Assembly (NCBI GenBank): GCA_002269645.1
Contig: NIVC01000340.1
Span: forward strand, 1 to 64,000
Length of the DNA stretch: 64,000 nt
Origin: Macrostomum lignano
Lineage: Eukaryota
Reading direction: 5' to 3'
The notes under the pieces are model-generated. The model was not told the DNA's origin. It made no database searches and worked only from the letters and a program-made list of their open reading frames with translations. Within the stretch, counting starts at the first letter, position 1. The number at the start of each line of letters is the position of its first letter. Of the stretch, positions 42,393 to 54,275 are shown in pieces. The translations under genes and the position numbers were made by a program.

Positions 42393-45300
42393 CTGATAAA
42401 ACAACAAACTGATCACTCATTGTATTTACTAAAATAAAAAAACTTTTTAATGGCAAGAAAAAAATAAATTACAGGCCAAGGCTTTAATGTTTAATAAGCT
42501 GTGTAAATTGTGATGTTAATTTTTGGATACAAAGTTAAATTCTAAAAACAAAAGTTACTAAACCAGACTAAATAGGTAATAATTGTATTGCAATATAGGC
42601 CTTCTCACTATTTAATTGCTTTACTTAATATTAACGAGCTTTATAGCATAGGGGTGCTTCAAAATCAATCGGAGCAAATCACGCGAATGATTCAAAAAAA
42701 TTGTAAGTTCTTATGTGTTTAACAAATTAAACTGTTTTGTTTTGAGGTTTTCACTAAAAAATTAATTTTTGTAAGCTATGAAGTTAATAAACAATTTTAT
42801 CGTCCATAAAATTTAAAACTATAAAACTGCTAAGTTATTTGACTGAGTCGGTTTATAATTTTAACTTCACTTTCTCCTTTTATTTTAATACTCGTCAAAG
42901 CGAGAATTAGTTAGGACTAAACGGAATAGTTTGCACTTGGTTATAAGTCGATCTCATTTTCAATCAAGTGTGCTGAATTTGTGCCATTTCTGTCGTTTAA
43001 ATTAAGAAATTTTATGCATTTAATATCAAATCAGGCAATGATTTAGTAATTGATAGCTGCTTGATTAATCTGTTTTCAAACAGAGACAGGCCACGCAAAG
43101 ATATATGCACTTTTTACTAGTTAATGAAGACAAAGTCTTTTCGCCCCCAGTGAGCTTTGGGGTTGGAATTTTATAATACCTAGTGTTGTATCGATTATTT
43201 AAAGACTTTCAAGGCATTATTAACGCTGATGCTCCTAATATTTTGCGTCGTGTCATACATAAAGTTAGCCTAATAGATAAAGTAGGGCGAGAGTTGTAAA
43301 ATGTCTCTAACGTCAAATGATTTATAGGAAGGGAATTAGGGATGTCGATTCCCCAGGGAATTATCTTATCGGGGACCCCGGTGAAAAGAAAAAATAAGTA
43401 AAAACGGCGGATCACTTAGATTGTAAGTGGAATTTTTTAAACTTTGATTTAAGCTTTGTACTACATGTTCAAGGCGCAGGGGTAAAAATTTTAAACAATG
43501 TTTTTTTAAACTGTATTTGACAATGTGGCATCACGAAATCGTGCGCGCACCTTTATCGGAAAAGTGCATTTGTTGGAATGCATGCTAAACAGCTACGCTC
43601 GTGAGAGGATAATTAATGAATGAGACTGTTTTTATAATCGGAATTTTATTTCTTGCATATATATGTAAATCACCATTTTGTCCTTGTCTAATAGGGAGTA
43701 TATGTATGACACCCCCCTATGCGTCAGTGCCTGACGCATGACGCAGCGCTGCGCCTGCGTCAAGCCGTCAACGCAGACCAACACAGCAGTCACTAGTCAG
43801 TAAGGCTTCTTTTTCCTGACGGGTTTCTTTTCTACGTGCAATTTGCTTGATTGAATGACTTATTAGTGAAAAAACAATCAAACGTGTGTTGTGTTTCAAA
43901 TACATGTAATGCATTGAAATAAGCAATTATGCGGTAAAAGAGCATAGACAGAGTTTCAATCAGCTTTCTGTGAATCAGTTTCTTATTTTAATGGCAAAAA
44001 TTAAGTTACAAATGCATTTTTTCATATTTTTTCTCCCCAGGGTCCCCGGTTAAATTCCCCGGAGAGTATTCCCCGACAAGCTCCCCGGGAGCACTCCCGG
44101 GGTCAACATCCCTAGAAGGGAAACTACGAGCATAAGTTCTGCAACACATATACAAGTAGCTAAGCATTAATAGACGCACTGCACCGATAAAATGTAATGG
44201 AATTGCTCGAATCACCGACACCAAGACCCATAAAACTGGAGAAACTGGCAGGATATAGTAGATACATGTAGGTCAGAATCAGAAGTGATCATGGGTGGGT
44301 GGGTCAAGTGATCATGGGTTCGACCTCGATTGTATTATTCCTTCTTAATCTTATGCAATTAATTGTAAATTAGGTATGAAGTAACAGTAATTATCCTTGA
44401 CCATGCTAGAGTAAAGACAAGTCAAAGTCAAGTTAATAAAAATAGACACACAGTGTAACAATAACAATGGTTTTTAGAGCCATTTTTCTTGTCTGTGTTT
44501 GTCTTTGTACATACATGTACATTTGGGAAGACTTATCTGGACCCAATCCCTTCTTATTCTACATGTACGCTGTTTTGGGTATGGGGGTTAGAGTTGGGCC
44601 GTCTGACACCCCCTCCCCCCCCCTACCATAGTGGACTGGAGAGAAAGAAGCACATGCTATCGCTATTGGCTAGCCTGTCGTTCTCTTTCTCTTTACCTTC
44701 TGTCTTGTGTAGCGTACACTATCCAATGCACAAGGCCCAACTTTCCACTAAAGGAAGGTTCATATAGTCCGCCCATGGGCTTCCTCTTGCTTTCGCGTAC
44801 ACTCAAGGCCACTCACTCTCAACACCAGCCACTAGAGGCTTGTTTTAAATAATCGATCGATAATATTAAATGTACACTTGAAAGCTTGCTTTGGATCCTA
44901 GCAGAAGGGGGAGAAAGTGGCCAAGGCCACCACACCCCACAAGGCAGGCAGGCCGGCCCGAGTGCGATAACGAATGACAAAAAAATAGAAAAGTACAATT
45001 TACACATCAACTTTCAATACAATAAATACAATAATAGGTACGGTATTAATATTAATGACAGTGTATTTTCGCACAAAGTAGCTACGTTCAAACCACCAGC
45101 ACGTAAACAGCTAAAATTTCACTGTTTATGAAATTTTATAAAATTTAACACATCATTTTAGATATTGAAAACTTTTAAAGGAGGGTATTACTGTTGCATG
45201 TGACTATAAAATCGTGGTAGGTATAGCTGATGATGAAACTGGTGATTGGTATCTAGCTTTTTTGATAACTTAGCCGGTTAGACCCCGAAATAGCTATTGT

Positions 45301-46302
45301 AATTTGTAACGCTGGAGCCAAATACAAATACAATGGAGCAATTAGTTTCTCTCAAATCTGTCTCTGCCAGTGCCAGTTTAGTCCATAGTAAGTAACCAAA
45401 GTAAAATACCCATTAGTGGTCCCGTTTCTAATGTTTATAAATATTAAGCTTCAGTTTACTTTTGGCACAGTATGCAATTTTGAAAATTCACCCTAATAAC
45501 GGTTTGCACCAGCAGGAAAGCAACTATTTTGTTGTTGGAAATCGGATTAAGCAGTCAAAAGAGTGTATTTCTATGAAAAAAGGTACTTTTTTTCCATTTT
45601 TTCAAATATTTAAACAGGTTTCGCTCTTTCAATAAAAAAATCATCACAGTACCTTAAAGTACAGTTAGTTTGGAATTAGATGACGGCGTTGAATTGTTTC
45701 TTCCATATTCCAAAAATTATAATGAGCACTTTTCCTCAAATCAGTTTGAGATCATGATTTTTAGTCTTTCGTCGATAACTTTCTGATTTCAAATGTTTAA
45801 GAATTGAAAACTTCCACACTTGTGTATCTTTGAATTGCGCATCAATTGGTGCATAGTATGTATGCTTAACTATTAGCAGTATAGAAAAAAATGCAAAAAA
45901 CTGTAAAAGTACATTTTCAATTTTTGCATTTTTTGCAACCAAAGTGCCAACTTTTTGATACAATTGAAAAAAACAACCCAATAATGTTATGCATCTTAGT
46001 AAGGCGCACCTATAACCCTCGAACATTTTTAGCTCGAGTTTTAATGTGCATGAGGAAATGCACTTTTGTAAAGACATAATCTTAAGACAAACATTTCAAC
46101 TGAAGCCTGTTCCTTTTCTCCGCAGTGAATCCATACAAAACTATACTCGTTAAATAGATCAGATTCTTCTCTTTAAAATGACACCTCACTTGTGAAATTC
46201 GCACTTGTAGTTTTGAAGTTACAGCAGTTTTTGTGAGATTTTTCTTGTCATTTTTTCGATGCACACGTCTCATATTATTATATTCGTCACAAGCCAGACC
46301 AC

Positions 46303-46440
46303 CCAATGCGCTTCGCGCATTGGCTGGCTGTTTGTTCCTCATGCTCGGCACTTTGTGCCTCGCGCGTTCGCTCCGCTCACCCCACAAACCCAAGGACACG
46401 CGCTTCGCGCGTGTCCTTGGGTTTGTGGGTTTCGCGGAGC
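46303..46440. other. Pair of perfect hairpins sharing a GCGC-TTC-GCGC apex
   Basis: 46303-46323 (9-bp arms) and 46381-46429 (23-bp perfect arms, extended by GCTCCGC/GCGGAGC). Confidence 0.9.
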
Positions 46441-46692
46441 TCACTGGGAACTAGACTATTTGGGCTTCTGCGCCGAAAAACCAGGCTATAACCGCATTTA
46501 CAAGTAAGGTTAAACGTTTTATTGGCACACTAAAAAGACCGATAATCTAGTCCAATAGATTTTGCTTAATATGGTCTATATAGCTTTTTTGGCAAAAGAA
46601 ACTGATCAAGGTACAATACAGTAATACAAGTAATATCCTTTGCTTTTTTCCTTTATGCTCCAGCTAAGCTAGCACAGAAACGAAAAGAAAGC

Positions 46693-49600
46693 ATGTCTAA
46701 GGAGATTGTTCGCGCTGTGTCCAGACAGCTGGATCACTACTTACGCGTGCAACGCCTTGAAGATGGCTTCGACCATTCGGGCACACTGAACCCGGCGCCG
46801 CTGCATCCGCCATTGTGGGACGCGTCTGGCAGCCTCATCAGCGCTCGTAGACTACACGACAAACCGTTAAAGCATCAGTTCAGCGATCGGCAACTTCGGT
46901 CGCGACTACGTCGGATGCATCCTAGCGAGGGGAGCCGAAACAGCCACAGCAAAACGGCAGACGAGGTCGAGGAGGAAGGGGAAAGTCAGGCTGACAGTCA
47001 CCGGGGAAGCGAGCGAACCGCGACCAGCTCGGTTAACTTTGCTAAGCGAATCGAAGCTAGATTGGATCGCCAACGGCCACTTGTGCTACCCCAGCCTAGG
47101 CCAAAGCATTCCCTGAGAGGCGGTGGATGTGAGTGCCCGTTTCCGCTAAGTGTTCTGTCCTCTCCACTGTGTCCTCTCCACTGTGCCCTCTGTATCCCCA
47201 CTGTGTCCTCTCCATCCCCAGTGTGTCCTCTCCATCCTCACTGTGTCCTCTCCATCCCCAGTGTGTCCTCTCCATCCTCACTGTGCCCTCTCCATCCCCA
47301 GTGTGTCCTCTCCGTACTCATCTGTGACCTCTCCATCCCCACTGTGTCCTCTCCATCCCCACTGTGCCCTCTCCATCCTCACTGTGTCCTCTCCATCCCC
47401 ACTGTGTCCTCTCCATCCCCACTGTGTCCTCTGTATCCCCACTGTGTCCTCTCTATCCTCACTGTGTCCTCTCTATCCTCACTGTGTCCTCTCTATCCCC
47501 ACTGTGTCCTCTCCATCCCCACTGTGTCCTCTCCATCCTCACTGTGTCCTCTCCATCCTCACTGTGTCCTCTATATCCCCACTGTGCCCTCTACATCCCA
47601 ACTGTGTCCTCTATATCCCCACTGTGTCTTCTCCATCCCCGTACTGTGCCCTCTCCATCCCAACTGTGTCCTCTCCATCCCCACTGTGCCCTCTCCATCC
47701 CCAATGTGTCCTCTCCATCCCCAGTGTGTCCTCTCCATCCTCACTGTGTCCTCTCCATCCCCAGTGTGTCCTCTCCATCCTCACTGTGCCCTCTCCATCC
47801 CCAGTGTGTCCTCTCCGTACTCATCTGTGACCTCTCCATCCCCACTGTGTCCTCTCCATCCCCACTGTGCCCTCTCCATCCTCACTGTGTCCTCTCCATC
47901 CCCACTGTGTCCTCTCCATCCCCACTGTGTCCTCTGTATCCCCACTGTGTCCTCTCTATCCTCACTGTGTCCTCTCTATCCTCACTGTGTCCTCTCTATC
48001 CCCACTGTGTCCTCTCCATCCCCACTGTGTCCTCTCCATCCTCACTGTGTCCTCTCCATCCTCACTGTGTCCTCTATATCCCCACTGTGCCCTCTACATC
48101 CCAACTGTGTCCTCTATATCCCCACTGTGTCTTCTCCATCCCCGTACTGTGCCCTCTCCATCCCAACTGTGTCCTCTCCATCCCCACTGTGCCCTCTCCA
48201 TCCCCACTGTGTCCTCTCCATCCCCAGTGTGTCCTCTCCATCCTCACTGTGCCCTCTCCATCCCCAGTGTGTCCTCTCCGTACTCATCTGTGACCTCTCC
48301 ATCCCCACTGTGTCCTCTCCATCCCCACTGTGCCCTCTCCATCCCAACTGTGTCCTCTCCATCCCAACTGTGTCCTCTATATCCCCACTGTGTCCTCTCC
48401 ATCCCCACTGTGTCCTCTCCATCCCAACTGTGTCCTCTCCATCCCAACTGTGTCCTCTGTATCCCCACTGTGCCCTCTCCATCCCAACTGTGTCCTCTCC
48501 ATCCCCACTGTGTCCTCTGTATCCCCACTGTGTCCTCTCTATCCTCACTGTGTCCTCTCCATCCCCACTGTGTCCTCTCCATCCTCACTGTGCCCTCTAC
48601 ATCCCAACTGTGTCCTCTATATCCCCACTGTGTCTTCTCCATCCCCGTACTGTGCCCTCTCCATCCCAACTGTGCCCTCTCCATCCCCACTGTGTCCTCT
48701 CCATCCCCAGTGTGTCCTCTCCATCCTCACTGTGCCCTCTCCATCCCCAGTGTGTCCTCTCCGTACTCATCTGTGACCTCTCCATCCCCACTGTGTCCTC
48801 TCCATCCCCACTGTGCCCTCTCCATCCCAACTGTGTCCTCTCCATCCCAACTGTGTCCTCTATATCCCCACTGTGTCCTCTCCATCCCCACTGTGTCCTC
48901 TCCATCCCAACTGTGTCCTCTCCATCCCAACTGTGTCCTCTGTATCCCCACTGTGCCCTCTCCATCCCAACTGTGTCCTCTCCATTCCCACTGTGTCCTC
49001 TGTATCCCCACTGTGTCCTCTCTATCCTCACTGTGTCCTCTCCATCCCCACTGTGTCCTCTCCATCCTCACTGTGTCCTCTCCATCCTCACTGTGTCCTC
49101 TCCATCCTCACTGTGCCCTCTCCATCCCAACTGTGTCCTCTCCATCCCAACTGTGTCCTCTCCATCCCAACTGTGCCCTCTATATCCCCACTGTGTCCTC
49201 TCCATCCCCGTACTGTGTCCTCTCCATCCCAACTGTGTCCTCTCCATCCCCACTGTGCCCTCTCCATCCCCACTGTGTCCTCTCCATCCCCGTACTGTGT
49301 CCTCTCCATCCCAACTGTGTCCTCTCTATCCCAACTGTGTCCTCTCCATCCTCACTGTGTCCTCTATATCCCCACTGTGTCCTCTCCATCCCCACTGTGT
49401 CCTCTCCATCCCCAGTGTGTCCTCTCCATCCTCACTGTGCCCTCTCCATCCCCAGTGTGTCCTCTCCGTACTCATCTGTGCCCTCTCCATCCCCACTGTG
49501 TCCTCTCCATCCCCAGTGTGTCCTCTCCATCCTCACTGTGCCCTCTCCATCCCCAGTGTGTCCTCTCCATACTCATCTGTGACCTCTCCATCCTCACTGT

Positions 49601-52376
49601 GTCCTCTCCATCCTCACTGTGTCCTCTCCATCCCCACTGTGTCCTCTCCATCCCACTGTGTCCTCTCCATCCCCACTGTGTCCTCTCCATCCCACTGTGT
49701 TCTCTCCATCCCCGCTGTGTCCTCTCCATTCCACTGTGTCCTCTCCATCCCACTGTGTCCTCTCCATCCCACTGTGTCACTGTGTCCTCTCCATCCCACT
49801 GTGTCCTCTCCATCCCACTGTGTCCTCTCCATCCCCAGTGTGTCCTCTCCATACTCATCTGTGACCTCTCCATCCTCACTGTGTCCTCTCCATCCCCACT
49901 GTGTCCTCTCCATCCCCACTGTGTCCTCTCCATCCCACTGTGTCCTTTCCATCCCCACTGTGTCCTTTCCATCCCCACTGTGTCCTCTCCATCCTTACTG
50001 TGTTCTCTCCATCTCACTGTGTCCTCTCCAGCGCACGAAAATCCCCCCAATCGCTCAAAAAATCCCCAAATCGCACAAAAATCCCCAAATCGCACATAAA
50101 TCCCCGCAATCGCACAAAAATCCCCAAATCGCACAAAAATCCCCAAATCGGACAAAAATCCCCAAGTCGCAAAAAATCCCCAAATCGCACAAAAATCCCC
50201 AAATCGCACAAAAATCCCCAAATCGCACAAAAATCCACAAATCGCACAAAAATCCCCAAATCGCACAAAAATCCCCAAATCGCACAAAAATCCACAAATC
50301 GCACAAAAATCCCCAAATCGCACAAAAATCCCCAAGTCGCGAAAAATCCCCAAGTCGCACAAAAATCCACAAATCGCACAAAAATCCCCAAATCGCACAA
50401 AAATCCCCAAATCGCACAAAAATCCCCAAGTCGCAAAAAATCCCCAAATCGCACAAAAATCCCCAAATCGCACAAAAATCCACAAATCGCACAAAAATCC
50501 ACAAATCGCACAAAAATCCCCAAATCGCACAAAAATCCCCAAGTCGCAAAAAATCCCCAAATCGGAAAAAAATCCCGCACGAAAATCCCACACTTCAGCG
50601 GGCAGCAACGGATTTCTGCGGACGGCGCCGCCAATGCCGTGCAGTCGGCGAGAGCGCGACTTCCTAGTGCGAAGCAGCGGCGAAATTCTCACCTATTTGG
50701 CCGCCGACGGCGACTCCGAAGATGTGGACGGCAAAAGCGGCGGGGACGATGGCAGCGACAGACAGTCGCGCGGGAGGGCCGGCCTGGCCAAAAAGGAGAC
50801 TGTTAAAGTTGCAGCAACCGGTAGAAAAAGGTCGGGCGGTGGTAAAACCGCTGAAGAAGGCGACGGCGACGAAGAAGGTTGTCGTCGCGGAGAAAGTTCG
50901 GAAGCTTCGGTTTACGCAGACGAGGAGCCGCAGGTGGTGCACATCGTAGCGCCACCAGAGGATGCAGCATCGTCACTTAATGGCGGATCTGACGATTTCG
51001 AAAACTACTATAACGATCCTCCGGCTTCGGCTCCTGGTCCTCATTGCTATGACTACACCGTCACCGTGGTGACCGGAGATCGGGTTGGCGCCGGTACGAG
51101 GCACCCGGTGCGGCTCACTCTGTGTGGAGATCGAGGCGCTTCGCAGGTAAGCGGCCGGCTGCTTCTGTTTAACTTTCGATATCCAGTGATTTTAAATTAA
51201 TTCTGAAGTAAAATATCGATACATATCGTCGCAAAGTAAACGCAGCGATTGAAGCTTAGCGTAGAGAGTTATAAATGCTGAAAATAGTGAACCAGATCTC
51301 TGAAAATTTCTAGAGCCTACACGCAGGGGCGTCGCCATGGATTTTATGGTTGGGGGACAAAGCCAAGAATTCTGCACGTACATTTACATGACTAAATTTC
51401 TACATGTACATTATTTGCAGAATCTGTGTTGTCAGCGATCATTTCAGAGCCGCAGGCACTCATTTTAGCGCCGCAGGCACTCATTTTAGCGCCGCAGGCA
51501 CTCATTTTAGCGCCGCAGGCACTCATTTTAGCGCCGCTGGCACTCATTTTAGCGCCGCAGGCACTCATTTTAGCGCCGCAGGCACTCATTTTAGCGCCGC
51601 AGGCACTCATTTTAGCGCCGCAGGCACTCATTTTAGCGCCGCAGGCACTCCTTTTAGCGCCAAAGGCACTCATTTTAGCGCCGCAGGCACTCCTTTTAGC
51701 GCCAAAGGCACTCATTTAGGCGCCGCATGCAGGCACTTTTTTTAGCGCCGCAGGCCCCATTTTTGTCGCCCTGAAGCAAAATTATTGATTTCCATAACAG
51801 GTCAACAAAAGTGGGGTCGGGGGACAAAGCATTGGCATGTCCCCTTGTCCCCCCGCCACCGGTGGCGACGCCCCTGCGGCTATGTACGTTTTTGACTAAA
51901 GGGTTGGACGCGTTATCACTTAGCTATTAGCAGCCCCTGATCGATGGGTTTTGATGGTTTGTTATTTTGGCATGTGGCATTAGAACCGAGCTCCGCTACC
52001 CTTCCCCCGAATGTTGCAGCCGGTACTTCTGTCCAACAGCCGCACCCACCGACGCCAGTTTGCCCGAGGTCGCACCGACAAGTTTTTTCTGACCGGCTTG
52101 CCAAACGTGGGCCAGTTGAGACGCATCAAAGTTGAGCACTTAGCTAATGGTCCAGGAGATTCAGCTTACGCGCACTGGTTTCTGGAGTCGGTGGACATAG
52201 TCGAGCCATCTGGAGAGCGACGAAGATTCCAATGCCAGGCTTGGCTCAGCGCAAAGTCGGTTGATCGTCGAACCGTTCGTTGGCTAAATGTTGAAGCTTC
52301 AAGCGGAGAGGCAATCGATGTGGCTACGGAGGATGAGGAAGACAAAAAGCGTTTAACAAAAAATAACGAACCATAA
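46693..52376 (+). CDS. PLAT/LH2-domain protein, about 446 aa; exons 46693-47128, 50599-51146, 52020-52376
   Basis: PLAT motifs YTVTVVTGD..GAGT..V.LTL.G..G|..F.RG.TDKF..VG.L.RIKV.H..WFLESV.I..F.C..WL split by a phase-0 intron. GTGAGT and GTAAGC donors; phases consistent. The 3' end could continue. Confidence 0.8.
47150..50030. repeat. 20-bp C-rich minisatellite with about 480-bp higher-order repeats (PLAT gene intron 1)
   Basis: CTCTCCATCCCCACTGTGTC units; recurring variant blocks. Confidence 0.97.
50035..50590. repeat. 19-bp minisatellite abutting the previous array
   Basis: CGCACAAAAATCCCCAAAT units. Confidence 0.95.
51324..51876. mobile_element. Non-autonomous DNA transposon (MITE-like) with an internal 21-bp minisatellite
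   Basis: Perfect 14-bp TIRs CAGGGGCGTCGCCA / TGGCGACGCCCCTG; flanked by CG on both sides (2-bp TSD candidate); internal TTTTAGCGCCGCAGGCACTCA array. Confidence 0.85.
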
Positions 52377-53499
52377 CGAACTATAAAAAATAACGATTAG
52401 TGCAGTGACGGTTGAAAAACTGAAACCATAGTTTGCATGAAATCTAAGTAAGGCTAAAATTCAGTCAAATTGACGATCAAATTAAGGTGATGTCGGCTCC
52501 AATTAAAGATCAAAGAATAGTGATGCAAGGACCACTAGAATATTACGTTACGTTACGTTAATTAGTCTCTGGAGTGATGTCGGCTCAATTAAAGATCAAA
52601 GAGGGTTGGTGTCGGCCCATTTAAAGATCAAAGAGAGGCCAGTGTCGGTCCAATTTAAGATAACAAAGGGCAGGTTCATTTGAGATTTGATTTTTCAAAG
52701 GTCAATTTATCATCACGATTTGTTGTGGACCTTGTAGGATGTTTATCTATAGTATGGTGGTACGAATTATTCAATTTTCTTTATGATATTTTGCTCTAGA
52801 TTACAAATTTATAATGGAAATGACCAATTTTATTGATGCGGTATTAGAATCTTCTTTTGTATCATCTGCTGTCCTCTTCTTGGTATTATTTTCTCTATTT
52901 TGCGAAAGACATTTTTATAACAAAGCTTAAAATGGACTTTAAAGATTTTTTGCGCCTTTATTGCGCTCTTATAGATTTTTCTTATCTGCTAAAATGCTAA
53001 ATGAGATGTCAATTTGAATAGAAAACCGGGTTAGATGAATTTACATCATGAGCATTTTTCAAACGATGTGAAATTCTAAGCTACCTTTCTGAAACGCAAC
53101 TATAGCTGCGTGTGGTTTGAATTTTGCTTCTTTTGATCAAAAACAGTTTGACTTTCTCTGCTGCCAATGCTGCCCAATACGAGCGCGTACCATTACTTTT
53201 TTTATTTTCTACTTAGTCCTCTGTAACAATCATTTCACTATTCTCTTGCTGATATTAAACTCTGGAAATGTATTTTTCACATGCACTGACTTAATGTAGT
53301 CAATGGCTATTAATTTGTAATACATAAATATCCACACATCACGCTCGTATTGAACATATCAGTAGCTTTTTCAATTCCTAGAATTTCAGTATCGGTTCTG
53401 TTTTTTCTTTTTCCGAGTCATGGAGCAGTACAAATTTTACTGGTAAATTCACTAAAAACTTGTAGATCTAGAAAAACCACATGCAGCTATGCACCAACA

Positions 53500-54120
53500 C
53501 CCCACCCATTCATACCTCCTCACCTCCTGCCTCAACACCCCGCACCCCTTGCCTCCTCACCTCACACCCAACACCTCACACCCCGTTCCTCCTCACCCCA
53601 TGCCCTAACACCTCACACCCCTTGCCTCCTCACCTCCTGCCCCAACACCCCACACCCCGTTCCTCCTCACCCCCTGCCCCAACACCCCACACCCCGTTCC
53701 TCCTCACCTCCTGCCCCAACACCCCACACCCCGTTCCTCCTCACCTCCTGCCCCAACACCCCACACCCCGTTCCTCCTCACCTCCTGCCCCAACACCCCT
53801 TGCCCTTTCACCCCTGCCCCAACAACTCACACCCAACACCTCACACCCCGTTCCTCCTCACCCCATGCCCTAGGGCCTAACACCTCACACCCCTTGCCTC
53901 CTCACCTCCTGCCCCAACACCCCACACCCCGTTCCTCCTCACCCCCTGCCCCAATACCCCACACCCCGTTCCTCCTCAACTGCCCCAACACCCCGTTCCT
54001 CCTCACCCCTGCCCCAACACCTCACACCCCGTTCCTCCTCACTTCCTGCCCCAACACCCCATGCACCCTCCTCTCCCCCTGCCCAACACCCCATGTTACC
54101 ACCTTTCTCCCTGCCCCAAC
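53500..54120. repeat. About 37-bp C-rich minisatellite
   Basis: TCCTCACCTCCTGCCCCAACACCCCACACCCCGTTCC units. Confidence 0.9.
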
Positions 54121-54275
54121 ACCATGCTGTTTCACGCACACTATTGACTTCACGAGAAATTTAGACTTACGCTCGTATTTCCCTTCAATTTCCTTTTAAT
54201 AGTACTACTGGACTATTGGCTTCGGTTTAGTAGTAAAAATGGATATTTTCAAGCGTATATTTCGGCAAATTGCAG

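Noticed and set aside
42900-43000. Candidate first exon of TBCB
   Set aside because: The ATGs here hit stops or offer only phase-0 donors, whereas exon 42392 needs phase 1.
46693-50667. 1324-aa ORF and the many overlapping Cys/Pro/His-rich ORFs
   Set aside because: Read-through from a real exon past a GTGAGT donor (47129) into stop-free tandem repeats; all frames and both strands are open.
51392-51745. (SACGAKM)n / (LAPQALI)n ORFs, also at 61879-62822
   Set aside because: 21-bp unit arrays are open in all frames by construction; they lie within a MITE inside introns.
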